From a virus (Duplodnaviria; Caudoviricetes): DNA of 59,409 nt. The translations under genes were made by a program, and so were the position numbers. How positions within the stretch are numbered: the stretch's first letter is position 1; the number at the start of each line of letters is the position of its first letter. Below, piece by piece: positions 45,222-53,428 of the stretch. The DNA is taken from the IMG/VR virus record IMGVR_UViG_3300005531_000120, positions 1 through 59,409 of that record; one strand, written 5' to 3'. Below the pieces are notes generated by a model. The model saw only the letters and a program-made list of their open reading frames with translations. It ran no database searches and was not told where the DNA came from.

Positions 45222-46769
45222 ATGACCTTCCGGCGCCCCATCAGCATCGCCTGCGCCGGGCTGATCGCCGGCCTCTGCGGCTACGCGGGCTCGGCGATCC
45301 ATGACGGCGATATCCCGCGCCTCGTCGCGCAGGCCCAGGCGCAGGTGGCGTGCCCGTCCGTGCTGCCGCCTGCGGCGAACTTCACCGGCGGCGGCGTGAC
45401 GCAAGGCGGCTTCAAGACCGCGATCACCAGCCTGATCAACAACCTTACCTGTCTCTTCGGCACGGACGGCACCGCGGCGACCGCGAAGAGCACGCTCGGC
45501 CTCGCCACCGTCGCGAGCTCGGGGCTCTATTCGGACCTCTCGGGATCCCCGACCGCGCTCCCGCCCAACGGCGCCGCCGGCGGCGATCTAACGGGCAGCT
45601 ATCCCAACCCGACCGTCGCCAACATTCGCGGCGTTCCCGTCTCCAGCACGCCGCCCACGAACGGCCAGCAGCTGCAGTTCAACGGCAGCCAGTACGTCCC
45701 GGTCACGCCCTCGAGCAACCCCGTCGGGCCCGAGGCCCCGCTCGCGGCGGCGGCAACGACGGATCTCGGCTCGACCGGGGTGCTGGCGGTCAAGATCACC
45801 GGCAGCGGCGTCAACATCACGAGCCTGGGCTCGAGCGCCTCGACCGCCTACCCGATATACTGGGTGCGCTTCGCCGGCGCGAACACCGTCAAATACAACG
45901 CCACGACCCTGCAGACGCCCGGCGGCGTCGACATTCCGGCAGCGGCCGGCGACGAGATGGTGGCGCTCTACCTGGGCGCCGGCAATTGGCGCGTGATCAT
46001 GTACAAGCCGGCGCTGGCGGCTTACGTGGGCGGCGCCACCGGGACCTGGGGCGCCACCAACGGCACCCAGGCGATCGGCCAGCTCGTGGTCGGCGCCGAC
46101 GGCCGCGTGACCGGCCTCACGGTCATCAATCTGCCGACCTCCGGCTCCCCCTCCGGCGGCGGCAGCTGCGGCAGCTCGTGCGGCGCGAGTTGCTTCCTGC
46201 TCTCGGCGCTGGTCACCATGGCGGATGGCGCGACGAAGCCGCTCGGCCTCGTCCGGATCGGCGATCGCGTGGCCGACGGCCGCGGCGGCGTCAACACCGT
46301 CGTTGCGCTCGATCGCACCGAGCTCGGCGAGCGGCTGATGTACCGCCTCAACACCGAGCACTACTTCTCGGGCGAGCATCCGCACATGTTGGCCGCCGGC
46401 GGTTTCGTCGCCGCGGAGCCGATGGCGATCTATGCGGAGTGGGGCGACGCGCATCCGCTCATCGTGAAGGGCGGCGGGATCGAGCGCCGGCTCAACGTCG
46501 GGCTGCCCATCGGCATGGTCCAGCAGATGCGCGCCGGCCAGGTGCTCCGGAAGCACGGCCGTCCGGTGCCGCTGATCACGCTCGAGATCTGCGATCCCAC
46601 GCAGTTCCCGCCCGAGACGCCGCTCGCCAACCTAGCCGTCGACGGCAGCGGCACCTGGGAGTGCGACGGTTACGCCGTGACCGGCTGGCCCGATCACACG
46701 AAATTCGACCACGCGGCGTGGAGGCCGAAGACGGCCACGTCCGAGGCGGGCATCGGCGCCGCGGCGTAG
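45222..46769 (+). CDS. Tail fibre-like protein with C-terminal Hint domain
   Basis: AGGDLTGSYPNPTV and AAATTDLG...GAGNWR fibre motifs; CFLLSALVTMADG...IGDRV...FSGEHP...NLAVDG Hint blocks. Confidence 0.82.
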   Translation: MTFRRPISIACAGLIAGLCGYAGSAIHDGDIPRLVAQAQAQVACPSVLPPAANFTGGGVTQGGFKTAITSLINNLTCLFGTDGTAATAKSTLGLATVASSGLYSDLSGSPTALPPNGAAGGDLTGSYPNPTVANIRGVPVSSTPPTNGQQLQFNGSQYVPVTPSSNPVGPEAPLAAAATTDLGSTGVLAVKITGSGVNITSLGSSASTAYPIYWVRFAGANTVKYNATTLQTPGGVDIPAAAGDEMVALYLGAGNWRVIMYKPALAAYVGGATGTWGATNGTQAIGQLVVGADGRVTGLTVINLPTSGSPSGGGSCGSSCGASCFLLSALVTMADGATKPLGLVRIGDRVADGRGGVNTVVALDRTELGERLMYRLNTEHYFSGEHPHMLAAGGFVAAEPMAIYAEWGDAHPLIVKGGGIERRLNVGLPIGMVQQMRAGQVLRKHGRPVPLITLEICDPTQFPPETPLANLAVDGSGTWECDGYAVTGWPDHTKFDHAAWRPKTATSEAGIGAAA

Positions 46770-46837
46770 CCGCGATCGCGAGAGCCCGCGCCCATGAAGG
46801 ACAGAACCCGCTGCACCCGTCCGCTCAGGCTAGTCGG

Positions 46838-46885
46838 CTCTGTGCGGGCTTCCGCGATCGCGCTGCGCGCGACGCCGGCGCCCGC
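46838..46885 (+). promoter_or_regulatory. Conserved structured leader, copy D
   Basis: CTCTGT GCGGGC TTCC GCG A TCGCGC tgc GCGCGA CGC CGGC GCCCGC. Confidence 0.75.
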
Positions 46886-46917
46886 GCTCAGCGGCATCTG
46901 AGCGCAGGAGCGCTCTG

Positions 46918-48015
46918 ATGCCGTTTACTCGCACCGACATGACGAACCAGACCGGGTCTGGCTACAAGGCGAACATCGACGCTGCGACGGCCGCGCTCGC
47001 CGGGATCTACGGGAAGCGCCGCAATGTCAACGGCGACGGCCAGGTGAACCAGCTGGTCTCGGCGGTCGCGATCTCGAATTCCTGGCAGTACATCCTCGAC
47101 ATGTGGGAGCTGCAGTCCTCGACGGCGAACGCGTCGGGGAATTTCGGGCAGATCTCCGACAGCAACTTCCCCGCAGGCGTGGCGATCGGCACCTCGAGCT
47201 TCTCGACCTCGGCCGCGCTCAACGTCTCGTTCCGCACCAAGATCGAGAGCAAGAACATCCGCGACATCGCCTCCGCCGCGGCCTTCCAGTATCCCGTCAC
47301 CAACCCCACGCATTACTTCGTCTCGCTGAGCCTGCTCGCCTACCAGGACACCGGCGCGGCGATGAACGTGACGCCGTCGCTGCGGTCGGCCGATGCCGCC
47401 GACAATTTCTCGGCCATGACCAACTCGGTGGCGGGGAACGCGCTTTCGCTGCCCTCGGGCGCGGTGACGCTGCTCACCTGGGAGGGTGCGGCGAACGCGC
47501 TCCAGGTCGATACGCTCACCAACTTCGCGAACGGCGTCTGCTTGCAGCTCGACGTCGCCTGCCCCAACGGCATCGCCAACAAGAATCTGCGCATCGGCGA
47601 CGTCCAGCTCGAGGGCGGCCAGGTCGCCTCGCTCTTCGGCCGCGCGAGCTTCGCGGACGAGCTCGAGCGGTGCGAGCGCTACTACGCCAAGACCTTCGCA
47701 CTGGGGACGGCGCCGGCGCAGAACGCGGGACTGGTCGGCTCGCTCTTTGCCCAGGCGACCGGCAGCGCCGCGGGCCAGCTGTCGACCCAATGGCGCTTCC
47801 CGGCGAAGATGATCAAGGCGCCCGCCATCACGACCTATAACCCGGGCGCGGCGAACGCCAACTGGCGCGATGTCTCCGGCTCGAGCGACGTCGTCGTCTC
47901 GGTCGACCCCGACACCGCGATCGGCGCAGACGCGGTGGTGATCGGGTCGCAGACGACCGCGCTCACCGCCGGCCACCGCTGCTACATCCACGCGGTGGCC
48001 GACGCCCGCCTTTGA
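46918..48015 (+). CDS. Tail fibre/receptor-binding protein
   Basis: NGDGQVNQ...VQLEGGQVASLF...ELERCERYY...ADARL fibre module. Confidence 0.8.
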   Translation: MPFTRTDMTNQTGSGYKANIDAATAALAGIYGKRRNVNGDGQVNQLVSAVAISNSWQYILDMWELQSSTANASGNFGQISDSNFPAGVAIGTSSFSTSAALNVSFRTKIESKNIRDIASAAAFQYPVTNPTHYFVSLSLLAYQDTGAAMNVTPSLRSADAADNFSAMTNSVAGNALSLPSGAVTLLTWEGAANALQVDTLTNFANGVCLQLDVACPNGIANKNLRIGDVQLEGGQVASLFGRASFADELERCERYYAKTFALGTAPAQNAGLVGSLFAQATGSAAGQLSTQWRFPAKMIKAPAITTYNPGAANANWRDVSGSSDVVVSVDPDTAIGADAVVIGSQTTALTAGHRCYIHAVADARL

Positions 48016-48021
48016 TTTTTC

Positions 48022-48054
48022 CGCGCGGCGCCGGCGCCAACGGCCGCGCGTAGC
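48022..48054 (-). repeat. Degenerate TAC-hairpin repeat
   Basis: Minus strand GCTAC GCGCGGC CGTTGGCGCCGGC GCCGCGC. Confidence 0.55.
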
Positions 48055-48071
48055 GCTCCGGAGGTCTCGAC

Positions 48072-48450
48072 ATGCACGATCGCCTGATGACGGCCCTGGC
48101 CGTGCTGCTCTCGCTCGCCCCGGGCCTTGTGATCCTGCCCGACGCGCCCCGGGCCGAGGAGAATCAAGCCTGCCAATCGAGCTGGGCGCATGAGCTCGCG
48201 ATCGCCCATGGGGGGGGGCTGGGCGATCCGGGAGCTCAAGGCCGATCAGCGCGAGAGCTTCATGGCCGGTTATAACGCCCACGAGCCGAAGACCGATTTT
48301 CGCGCCGACCACGTCTACGTCGGGACGCATCCGGACGCGACGCGTTTCGTGGTGGTCGCGATGGTCGAGGGCCTGGATTGCGTGGTTCAGATCGACGAGA
48401 TCCCGATTACAGAGATGCAGAAGCTGCTGGGTGGCGGCGATGGGCTCTGA
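48072..48450 (+). pseudogene. Exported protein gene split by a G9 tract
   Basis: Signal-peptide ORF from 48072 and downstream +1 ORF join into 125 aa if G9 (48210..48218) were G8. Confidence 0.7.
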
Positions 48451-48490
48451 GGTCCTCTCGCGCGGAGCAGCTTGGCGCCGGAGCCCGATC

Positions 48491-48661
48491 ATGGATCAGC
48501 TCTCGAAGCATGCGCTCGACGGCGCCGTCGGCGCCGCCGCCGTGACCGCGCCGCTCTGGCTTCAGCTCGTCCAGAGCGGCAGCCAGGCCCTGGTCGCCCT
48601 CGGCGGCGTCGTGCTGGTGGCGCTCCGCATCGCCATTGCCGTGCGGGACCTGCGGAAATGA
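48491..48661 (+). CDS. Putative holin
   Basis: Small hydrophobic protein, basic C-terminus, ATGA overlap with endolysin. Confidence 0.7.
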   Translation: MDQLSKHALDGAVGAAAVTAPLWLQLVQSGSQALVALGGVVLVALRIAIAVRDLRK

Positions 48662-49101
48662 CCTATGACCGAGCGGCGCTGGCGGCGCAGCTCCGGATCG
48701 ACGAGGGCGTGCGCGACCGGCCCTACCGCGACAGCCGCGGGATTTGGACCGCCGGCGTCGGCCACAACCTCGAGGCCCACGCGATCGACCCCGCGTGCCT
48801 CCCGGTGCCGATTCCGAGCGCCACGATCGACGCTTGGCTCGCCCAGGATATCGATGCCGCCGAGGCCGCGCTCGACGCCGGCCTTTCGCCGTGGCGCGCG
48901 CTCTCGGACGGCCGCCAGCGGGCGCTCCTCAACCTTTGCTTCAACCTGGGCTGGGCGAAGCTCGCGACATTCGGGACCTTCCTGGGCTACGTGCTCGCCG
49001 AGAACTTCGACGCCGCGGCCGAGGATCTCCTGGGGACGCTCTACGCCCGCGAGGTCGGCGCCCGCGCGCAGCGCGTCGCCGCGCTGCTGCGCCAGGGCTG
49101 A
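48658..49101 (+). CDS. Endolysin, T4-lysozyme-like muramidase
   Basis: DEGVRDRPYRDSRGIWTAGVGHNL (E-8x-D-5x-T), NLCFNLG. Confidence 0.92.
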   Translation: MTYDRAALAAQLRIDEGVRDRPYRDSRGIWTAGVGHNLEAHAIDPACLPVPIPSATIDAWLAQDIDAAEAALDAGLSPWRALSDGRQRALLNLCFNLGWAKLATFGTFLGYVLAENFDAAAEDLLGTLYAREVGARAQRVAALLRQG

Positions 49102-49112
49102 CGGAGGGGCCG

Positions 49113-49322
49113 ATGATCGAGCGGCTGGGCTCCGAGGCCTGGCTCGAACGCGTCGACGCAGTCATCAGGCTCTACCGATCCGGCGGGGGCAGCTATAACG
49201 GCCGCGACTATTTCGGGCCGATGCCGCTCGAGGACGCGCTCGAGGCGCTCCGGCGGCTCGGCCTCGGGGAGGGCGTCGCGCTCCGCTGGCTCGGCAAGCG
49301 GACGCCGCCGCTTCCGGCATGA
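49113..49322 (+). CDS. Hypothetical protein
   Basis: GGAGG SD. Confidence 0.5.
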   Translation: MIERLGSEAWLERVDAVIRLYRSGGGSYNGRDYFGPMPLEDALEALRRLGLGEGVALRWLGKRTPPLPA

Positions 49323-49388
49323 GCCTCGACGGCGTCACCCAGCTCCTCGCGTTCCTCTGCCTCGTGGTCGCACTGGTCGGGCTGCTCT

Positions 49389-50030
49389 ATGACGATTTCA
49401 GACCGTGATCTCGCGGCGCTCGCCGAGGCCGCCTACCGAGGCGTGCCAACCTGGCGCGGACCGAGCGGCGCGTGCGCCGACGCCGCCGCCACGCTGACGG
49501 TTCTTCCGCGAGCCGCCGCGGCCGACGAGGTCTGCGTCGTCGCGTGCCGCGGCACCGGGCACGACGAGCTGCTGGTGCTGCTCGACCTGCTGCACGACCT
49601 CGACTTCCGGCGCGCACAGGACCCGGACCTCGGCTGGTGCGACGAGGGCTTCCTGAGCCTGATCCTCGCCCTGATCGATCCGATCGCCGCCGAGCTCGAG
49701 GGCAAGATGGTTCAGACGGTCGGCCATAGCCTGGGCGGCGTCATCGCGCTGGGGCTGGCGGCCAAGCTCGCCGCGCGCGGGTTCCGCGTACTGACGCCCG
49801 TCACCTTCGGCGCGCCGCGGCTCGGCATGGGCGACAGGTTCCTGCAGGCCTTCGCGGCGATCGGCGCGCGCCAATATCGCTGCGGCAACGACCCCGTCCC
49901 GGACCTGCCGCCGGCGGGTCTCGGCTGGCTCCACGTGCGCGACCCCGTCTCGATCGGCGCGCCTTGCAGCATCGCGCTCGAGGCGCACCTGATGGCCCGG
50001 TACCGGGCCGCGCTCGGAGACAAGTCATGA
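49389..50030 (+). CDS. Class 3 lipase / alpha-beta hydrolase
   Basis: VACRGT, GHSLGG, TFGAPR, NDPVPDLP, C-terminal H. Confidence 0.92.
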   Translation: MTISDRDLAALAEAAYRGVPTWRGPSGACADAAATLTVLPRAAAADEVCVVACRGTGHDELLVLLDLLHDLDFRRAQDPDLGWCDEGFLSLILALIDPIAAELEGKMVQTVGHSLGGVIALGLAAKLAARGFRVLTPVTFGAPRLGMGDRFLQAFAAIGARQYRCGNDPVPDLPPAGLGWLHVRDPVSIGAPCSIALEAHLMARYRAALGDKS

Positions 50031-50404
50031 TGAATTCCGTCTCGCGGCTCGATCGCGTCGCCATCCGGATCGCGCTCGCGCTCTGCGCCGCGCTCGTCGT
50101 GGCGGCCGCCGTGTCGCTCGTCGAGGTGGCGCTGGCGCAGAGCACGGTGGACGCCGTCGCGGCTGACCTCTGCTCCAACGATGGGGCGCTCATCCATTGG
50201 GCCTGGGCCGCGGTCGGCAGCGCGCCCGCCGTGGCCTCCGCCCTCGCGGCGGTCGCCGTCGTCCTGCGGCGCTGGATGCCGGCGCCGATCGCCAAGCTCC
50301 TCTATGCGCTATCGCTGAACTGGCTCAAGGACCTCGCGGACCGCGCGGCCGCGAAACCGGCCCCGTCTTCCGCGGACCCCGCGCCAGGCTCCGGCGCCGA
50401 CTAG
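50027..50404 (+). CDS. Membrane protein (possible second holin)
   Basis: Two hydrophobic segments; LYALSLNW; coupled to lipase. Confidence 0.6.
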   Translation: MMNSVSRLDRVAIRIALALCAALVVAAAVSLVEVALAQSTVDAVAADLCSNDGALIHWAWAAVGSAPAVASALAAVAVVLRRWMPAPIAKLLYALSLNWLKDLADRAAAKPAPSSADPAPGSGAD

Positions 50405-50444
50405 GCGCCCCTCACGCGCCGCTAGAAGCGAAGAGGACCGCGTC

Positions 50445-50567
50445 ATGCCCCGCCGATTTCTCGCCCTGGCGCTGCTGCTGGCGCTCTGCGCGTGTGCGAG
50501 GCCGTCCGACTGCGCCGCTCCCATTCCGCTCGATCCCCGCTGCCTTCTAACCCAGGAGTTCCCATGA
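50445..50567 (+). CDS. 40-aa lipoprotein (below the ORF track cut-off)
   Basis: GAGGA SD; MPRRFLALALLLALCAC; ATGA overlap with next gene. Confidence 0.55.
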   Translation: MPRRFLALALLLALCACARPSDCAAPIPLDPRCLLTQEFP

Positions 50568-51055
50568 TCCGAAAGATCGGCGCATTCGCCCCCGCCATCG
50601 GCGTCGCCAGCATGCTCGCGGTCGCGGCGTGCGCGCCGGGCACCGTGCAGTCCGAGATCGCGGCCTTCAATTCCAAGGTCAAGACGCTGGTCGACGACTT
50701 CAACGGCGACGTCGCCGGCATCCAGCAGGGGCTCTCCGACGTCGCGAGCACGCTGCAATCGGGCGCGGTCGTCACGCTGCAGACCGCCCAGAAGGCCTGC
50801 GGCGCGGCCTCGATCCTGAACGGCTTCTACCAGGTCGCCGCGGCGATCTCGCCCACGGTCGCCGCGACCAAGGGCGACGAGGCGAAGGCTATGGGCGACG
50901 CCGAGGTGTTCTGCAGCAATCAGGTCACCGACCCCGCGTCCGCGGCCAAGGCCGCGATGTCGACGGTCGACGCGGTCAAGGCCAGCGTGAAGCAGGACCC
51001 CGCGATCGCGATCGCGTTGCAGGCCGCGAGCCTGCCGCCCACGGCGGTGAAATAG
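50564..51055 (+). CDS. Helical lipoprotein
   Basis: AGGAG SD; VAAC lipobox; paired Cys. Confidence 0.75.
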   Translation: MIRKIGAFAPAIGVASMLAVAACAPGTVQSEIAAFNSKVKTLVDDFNGDVAGIQQGLSDVASTLQSGAVVTLQTAQKACGAASILNGFYQVAAAISPTVAATKGDEAKAMGDAEVFCSNQVTDPASAAKAAMSTVDAVKASVKQDPAIAIALQAASLPPTAVK

Positions 51056-51064
51056 GCGCCGCTC

Positions 51065-51304
51065 GTGGGGCTCTCGCGACGATCGCTGGCGCGGTCGCGC
51101 TGGCGCGTGCTCGCAATGCTGTGCATTGCGCCTGCGCTCTCCGGGTGCTGGGCCACGTTGGGCGCGGCGGTGCTGACCACGACGCTGCAGATCGGCGCCA
51201 ATGCGCTCAAGCTCGACACCGCCGTGCACGAGTGGGCCCACGAGCGCCAGCTCGAGAAGGCCGGGAATCCGGCGCCGGCGCCGGCGCGCGAGGGCGCGAA
51301 ATGA
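51065..51304 (+). CDS. Putative lipoprotein
   Basis: LSGC lipobox; start uncertain. Confidence 0.55.
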   Translation: MGLSRRSLARSRWRVLAMLCIAPALSGCWATLGAAVLTTTLQIGANALKLDTAVHEWAHERQLEKAGNPAPAPAREGAK

Positions 51305-51462
51305 TCGGCCGGCTCCTCGCCTGGCTGCTCAGGATCCTCGGCGGCGGGCAGCAGCGCGCGGCTGACGCGGCGGCCGACGCGCGCGTGATCGCGGCCGAGC
51401 GCGATGCGCCGCAGGACAGCGTCGCTCAGGCCGAGCGCGACGCCGCGCGGGGGAAATTCTGA
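51301..51462 (+). CDS. Putative i-spanin-like protein
   Basis: MIGRLLAWLLRILG + helical region ending RGKF. Confidence 0.55.
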   Translation: MIGRLLAWLLRILGGGQQRAADAAADARVIAAERDAPQDSVAQAERDAARGKF

Positions 51463-51731
51463 TGGTGGCTCGTGATCCGCGCGGCCAACCCGCCGGCGCG
51501 CGCCTCATCCTGGTCGCCCTCTGCATGAGCCTCGCCGCGTGCGCAGGCCGCGCGCCGGCCTCTCCGATCGTCTGCCCCGAGCCCGTGCGCTATACGACGG
51601 AGCAGGAGGCGCATATCGGCTTCGCGATCGCCCAGCTCGAGCGCACCAACCCGGACGGGGCGCAGGCGCTCGCCGACTACCACAACGAGCGCATGAGGCT
51701 CTGGCGCTGCCGCGGAGAGACGCCGCCCTAG
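51462..51731 (+). CDS. Putative o-spanin-like lipoprotein
   Basis: LAAC lipobox, CPEPVRYTTEQE...DY...R...C. Confidence 0.65.
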   Translation: MVARDPRGQPAGARLILVALCMSLAACAGRAPASPIVCPEPVRYTTEQEAHIGFAIAQLERTNPDGAQALADYHNERMRLWRCRGETPP

Positions 51732-51787
51732 GAACCGCAGTTCACGGTCATTCACTTTCATCCGCGTCCTGAGCGCGGATGGACGAC

Positions 51788-51830
51788 GCGCCGCCGAGGC
51801 CTCCTTCGGGAGAGCCTCGGCGGCGCTTTT
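51788..51830 (+). terminator. Intrinsic terminator closing the late operon
   Basis: GCGCCGCCGAGGC-CTCC ttcg GGAG-A-GCCTCGGCGGCGC TTTT. Confidence 0.8.
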
Positions 51831-52005
51831 CGCGTTTCTGCGGGACGGCCGGCGACCGCGGGATCGCCGCATCGCCGGCATCGAGCCGGCCGGGCGGGGG
51901 TCTTATAATCCCGATCTGGTGGCTCGAGCCCGCCATGCGCACTCGCCGCCGATAGGTCAGAGCGACGTCGCGCGCGATTGCGGCGTCGCCGGCATCGAGC
52001 CGAGC

Positions 52006-52305
52006 CTATGCGGCAGCGGCCTCCAGCGCGCGAATCACGGCCTTGGGCTCGTGCGCGATCACGGTCAGGAATGCGCGCACCGCGCCATCAGGCACGCGGC
52101 GGCCCTGTTCCCAGCCTCGGACCGTCCCGATGGGAAAGCCGAAGCGCATGGCGAACTGTTGCTGGCTCATTCCCAGCTTCTGTCTGATCTCCTTCACGTT
52201 GACGGTCCGGACGCTGACCGTGGTGGCCTTTACGCCCGACCGCTCGCCCTTCGCGTGAGCGAGCGCGTCACGCAAACCGGCGATGATCTTGGCCCCGTTG
52301 GACAT
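52006..52305 (-). CDS. HigA-like XRE antitoxin
   Basis: VKEIRQKLGMSQQQFA..FG....TVRGWEQGRRVP. Confidence 0.9.
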   Translation of the reverse strand: MSNGAKIIAGLRDALAHAKGERSGVKATTVSVRTVNVKEIRQKLGMSQQQFAMRFGFPIGTVRGWEQGRRVPDGAVRAFLTVIAHEPKAVIRALEAAAA

Positions 52306-52341
52306 AACTGTTCCCTTCGCCTCTATCGGTTATCAGAGTGG

Positions 52342-52713
52342 TCAGCCGGCTTGTCGGTGCCGTTTGAATGACCTAACTATCCGCTTCACCAAATCCTTCA
52401 TTTCCGCCTTCTCGTCGGCAGACAAATCCACCTTCTCGTTCTTGGCGTAGATCGCCAGCAAATAAAGCGGGATTGTCTCGTCGTGGTAGAAGTAGATCAC
52501 GCGACCGCCGCCTCTCTTGCCGCGACCGCCCAGGCCCACGCGGGTCTTTCTGACGCCGCCGGTGCCGGGGATCACGACGCCTTCCTCTGGGTTACGGGCC
52601 AGCCGGTCGATCAGGCTGGTCAGCTCGTCTTCCGTCAGCAGCCGCCGCGCATCCTTCATGAACGGCTCGGTCTCGCCGACCACTACCCCAACGACCAAAA
52701 CGTAGCGTTCCAT
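52342..52713 (-). CDS. RelE/HigB-family toxin
   Basis: NPEEGVVIPGTGGVRKTR...GKRGGGRVIYFY...YAKNEKVDLS; start uncertain. Confidence 0.92.
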   Translation of the reverse strand: MERYVLVVGVVVGETEPFMKDARRLLTEDELTSLIDRLARNPEEGVVIPGTGGVRKTRVGLGGRGKRGGGRVIYFYHDETIPLYLLAIYAKNEKVDLSADEKAEMKDLVKRIVRSFKRHRQAG

Positions 52714-52758
52714 AGTCGTCTCCAAAGTCCCTCTTGGTTTTGCCCTCCCGGCTACCCG

Positions 52759-52786
52759 TATATAGGTCATTGACGCAGTACGTCAA
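52759..52786 (-). promoter_or_regulatory. TA operon promoter/operator
   Basis: Palindrome TTGACG-CAGTA-CGTCAA overlapping minus-strand TTGACG-16nt-TATATA. Confidence 0.65.
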
Positions 52787-52880
52787 GAGCGTAGCGAGGG
52801 ATTTTTGCCGCCAGAGCAAACGTCAATAGATCAATGGTTTATGCTGCCGTCCGAGAAGCGACGTTCTCAGCCAGGGTTCC

Positions 52881-53105
52881 CTATAGCCCCTGGTGCGACC
52901 GCGACGGGTCGATCATCTCGTCCGGTATCTCGGGCTCCCAATTGAGGCCCCGCCACCGAACCTTGCCGCACTTCTCGCACCGGAATCGAGCTGTCGCGCC
53001 AACGGCGCTCCACCAGTCAAAGCCGACCTTTTCGTCGAGCTCCCAGCGATGCCAGCACCAAAAGCGACCCCGCTCGCGGCCCGGCTCGAAACGCGGGTTT
53101 TTCAT
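52881..53105 (-). CDS. Small Zn-ribbon prophage protein
   Basis: FWCWHRW...RCEKCGK. Confidence 0.55.
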   Translation of the reverse strand: MKNPRFEPGRERGRFWCWHRWELDEKVGFDWWSAVGATARFRCEKCGKVRWRGLNWEPEIPDEMIDPSRSHQGL

Positions 53106-53171
53106 CGTTCAGCGGTCGGCCGGAGGTTCTCCGGCTGGGCGTCCCGCGCGACGCGCTGCCACGCTGAACCG

Positions 53172-53336
53172 ATGCCGAAGCAAAAGACCAAACTGAGCGA
53201 CGAAGAACGCGGACGCCGCCTCCGTGCGACGGCGCGCGAGGTGGGCGCCGATGCCTCTGGGAAGGAATTTGAGCGCGTCTTCACAAAGATAGTCCGCCCG
53301 AAGGCCAGCCCGCGAATGGGCAAGAAAGGCCGCTAG
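53172..53336 (+). CDS. Small basic hypothetical protein
   Basis: RLRATAREVGADASGKEFERVFTKI pattern. Confidence 0.5.
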   Translation: MPKQKTKLSDEERGRRLRATAREVGADASGKEFERVFTKIVRPKASPRMGKKGR

Positions 53337-53428
53337 AACTCGCATATAGGCACCTTCATCTCCCCAGGCTTCCAGGCTCATCGCGGCCCTCTGGCGAGGC
53401 GCTCGATCCGCTCGATGAGGGATTTCAG

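Noticed and set aside
46191-46700. Canonical splicing intein in the fibre
   Set aside because: No terminal His-Asn followed by Cys/Ser/Thr and no endonuclease domain; treated as a cleavage-type Hint
51484-51502. GCCAACCC as another copy of the hairpin repeat
   Set aside because: Lacks the GTARC foot and a convincing stem; not counted
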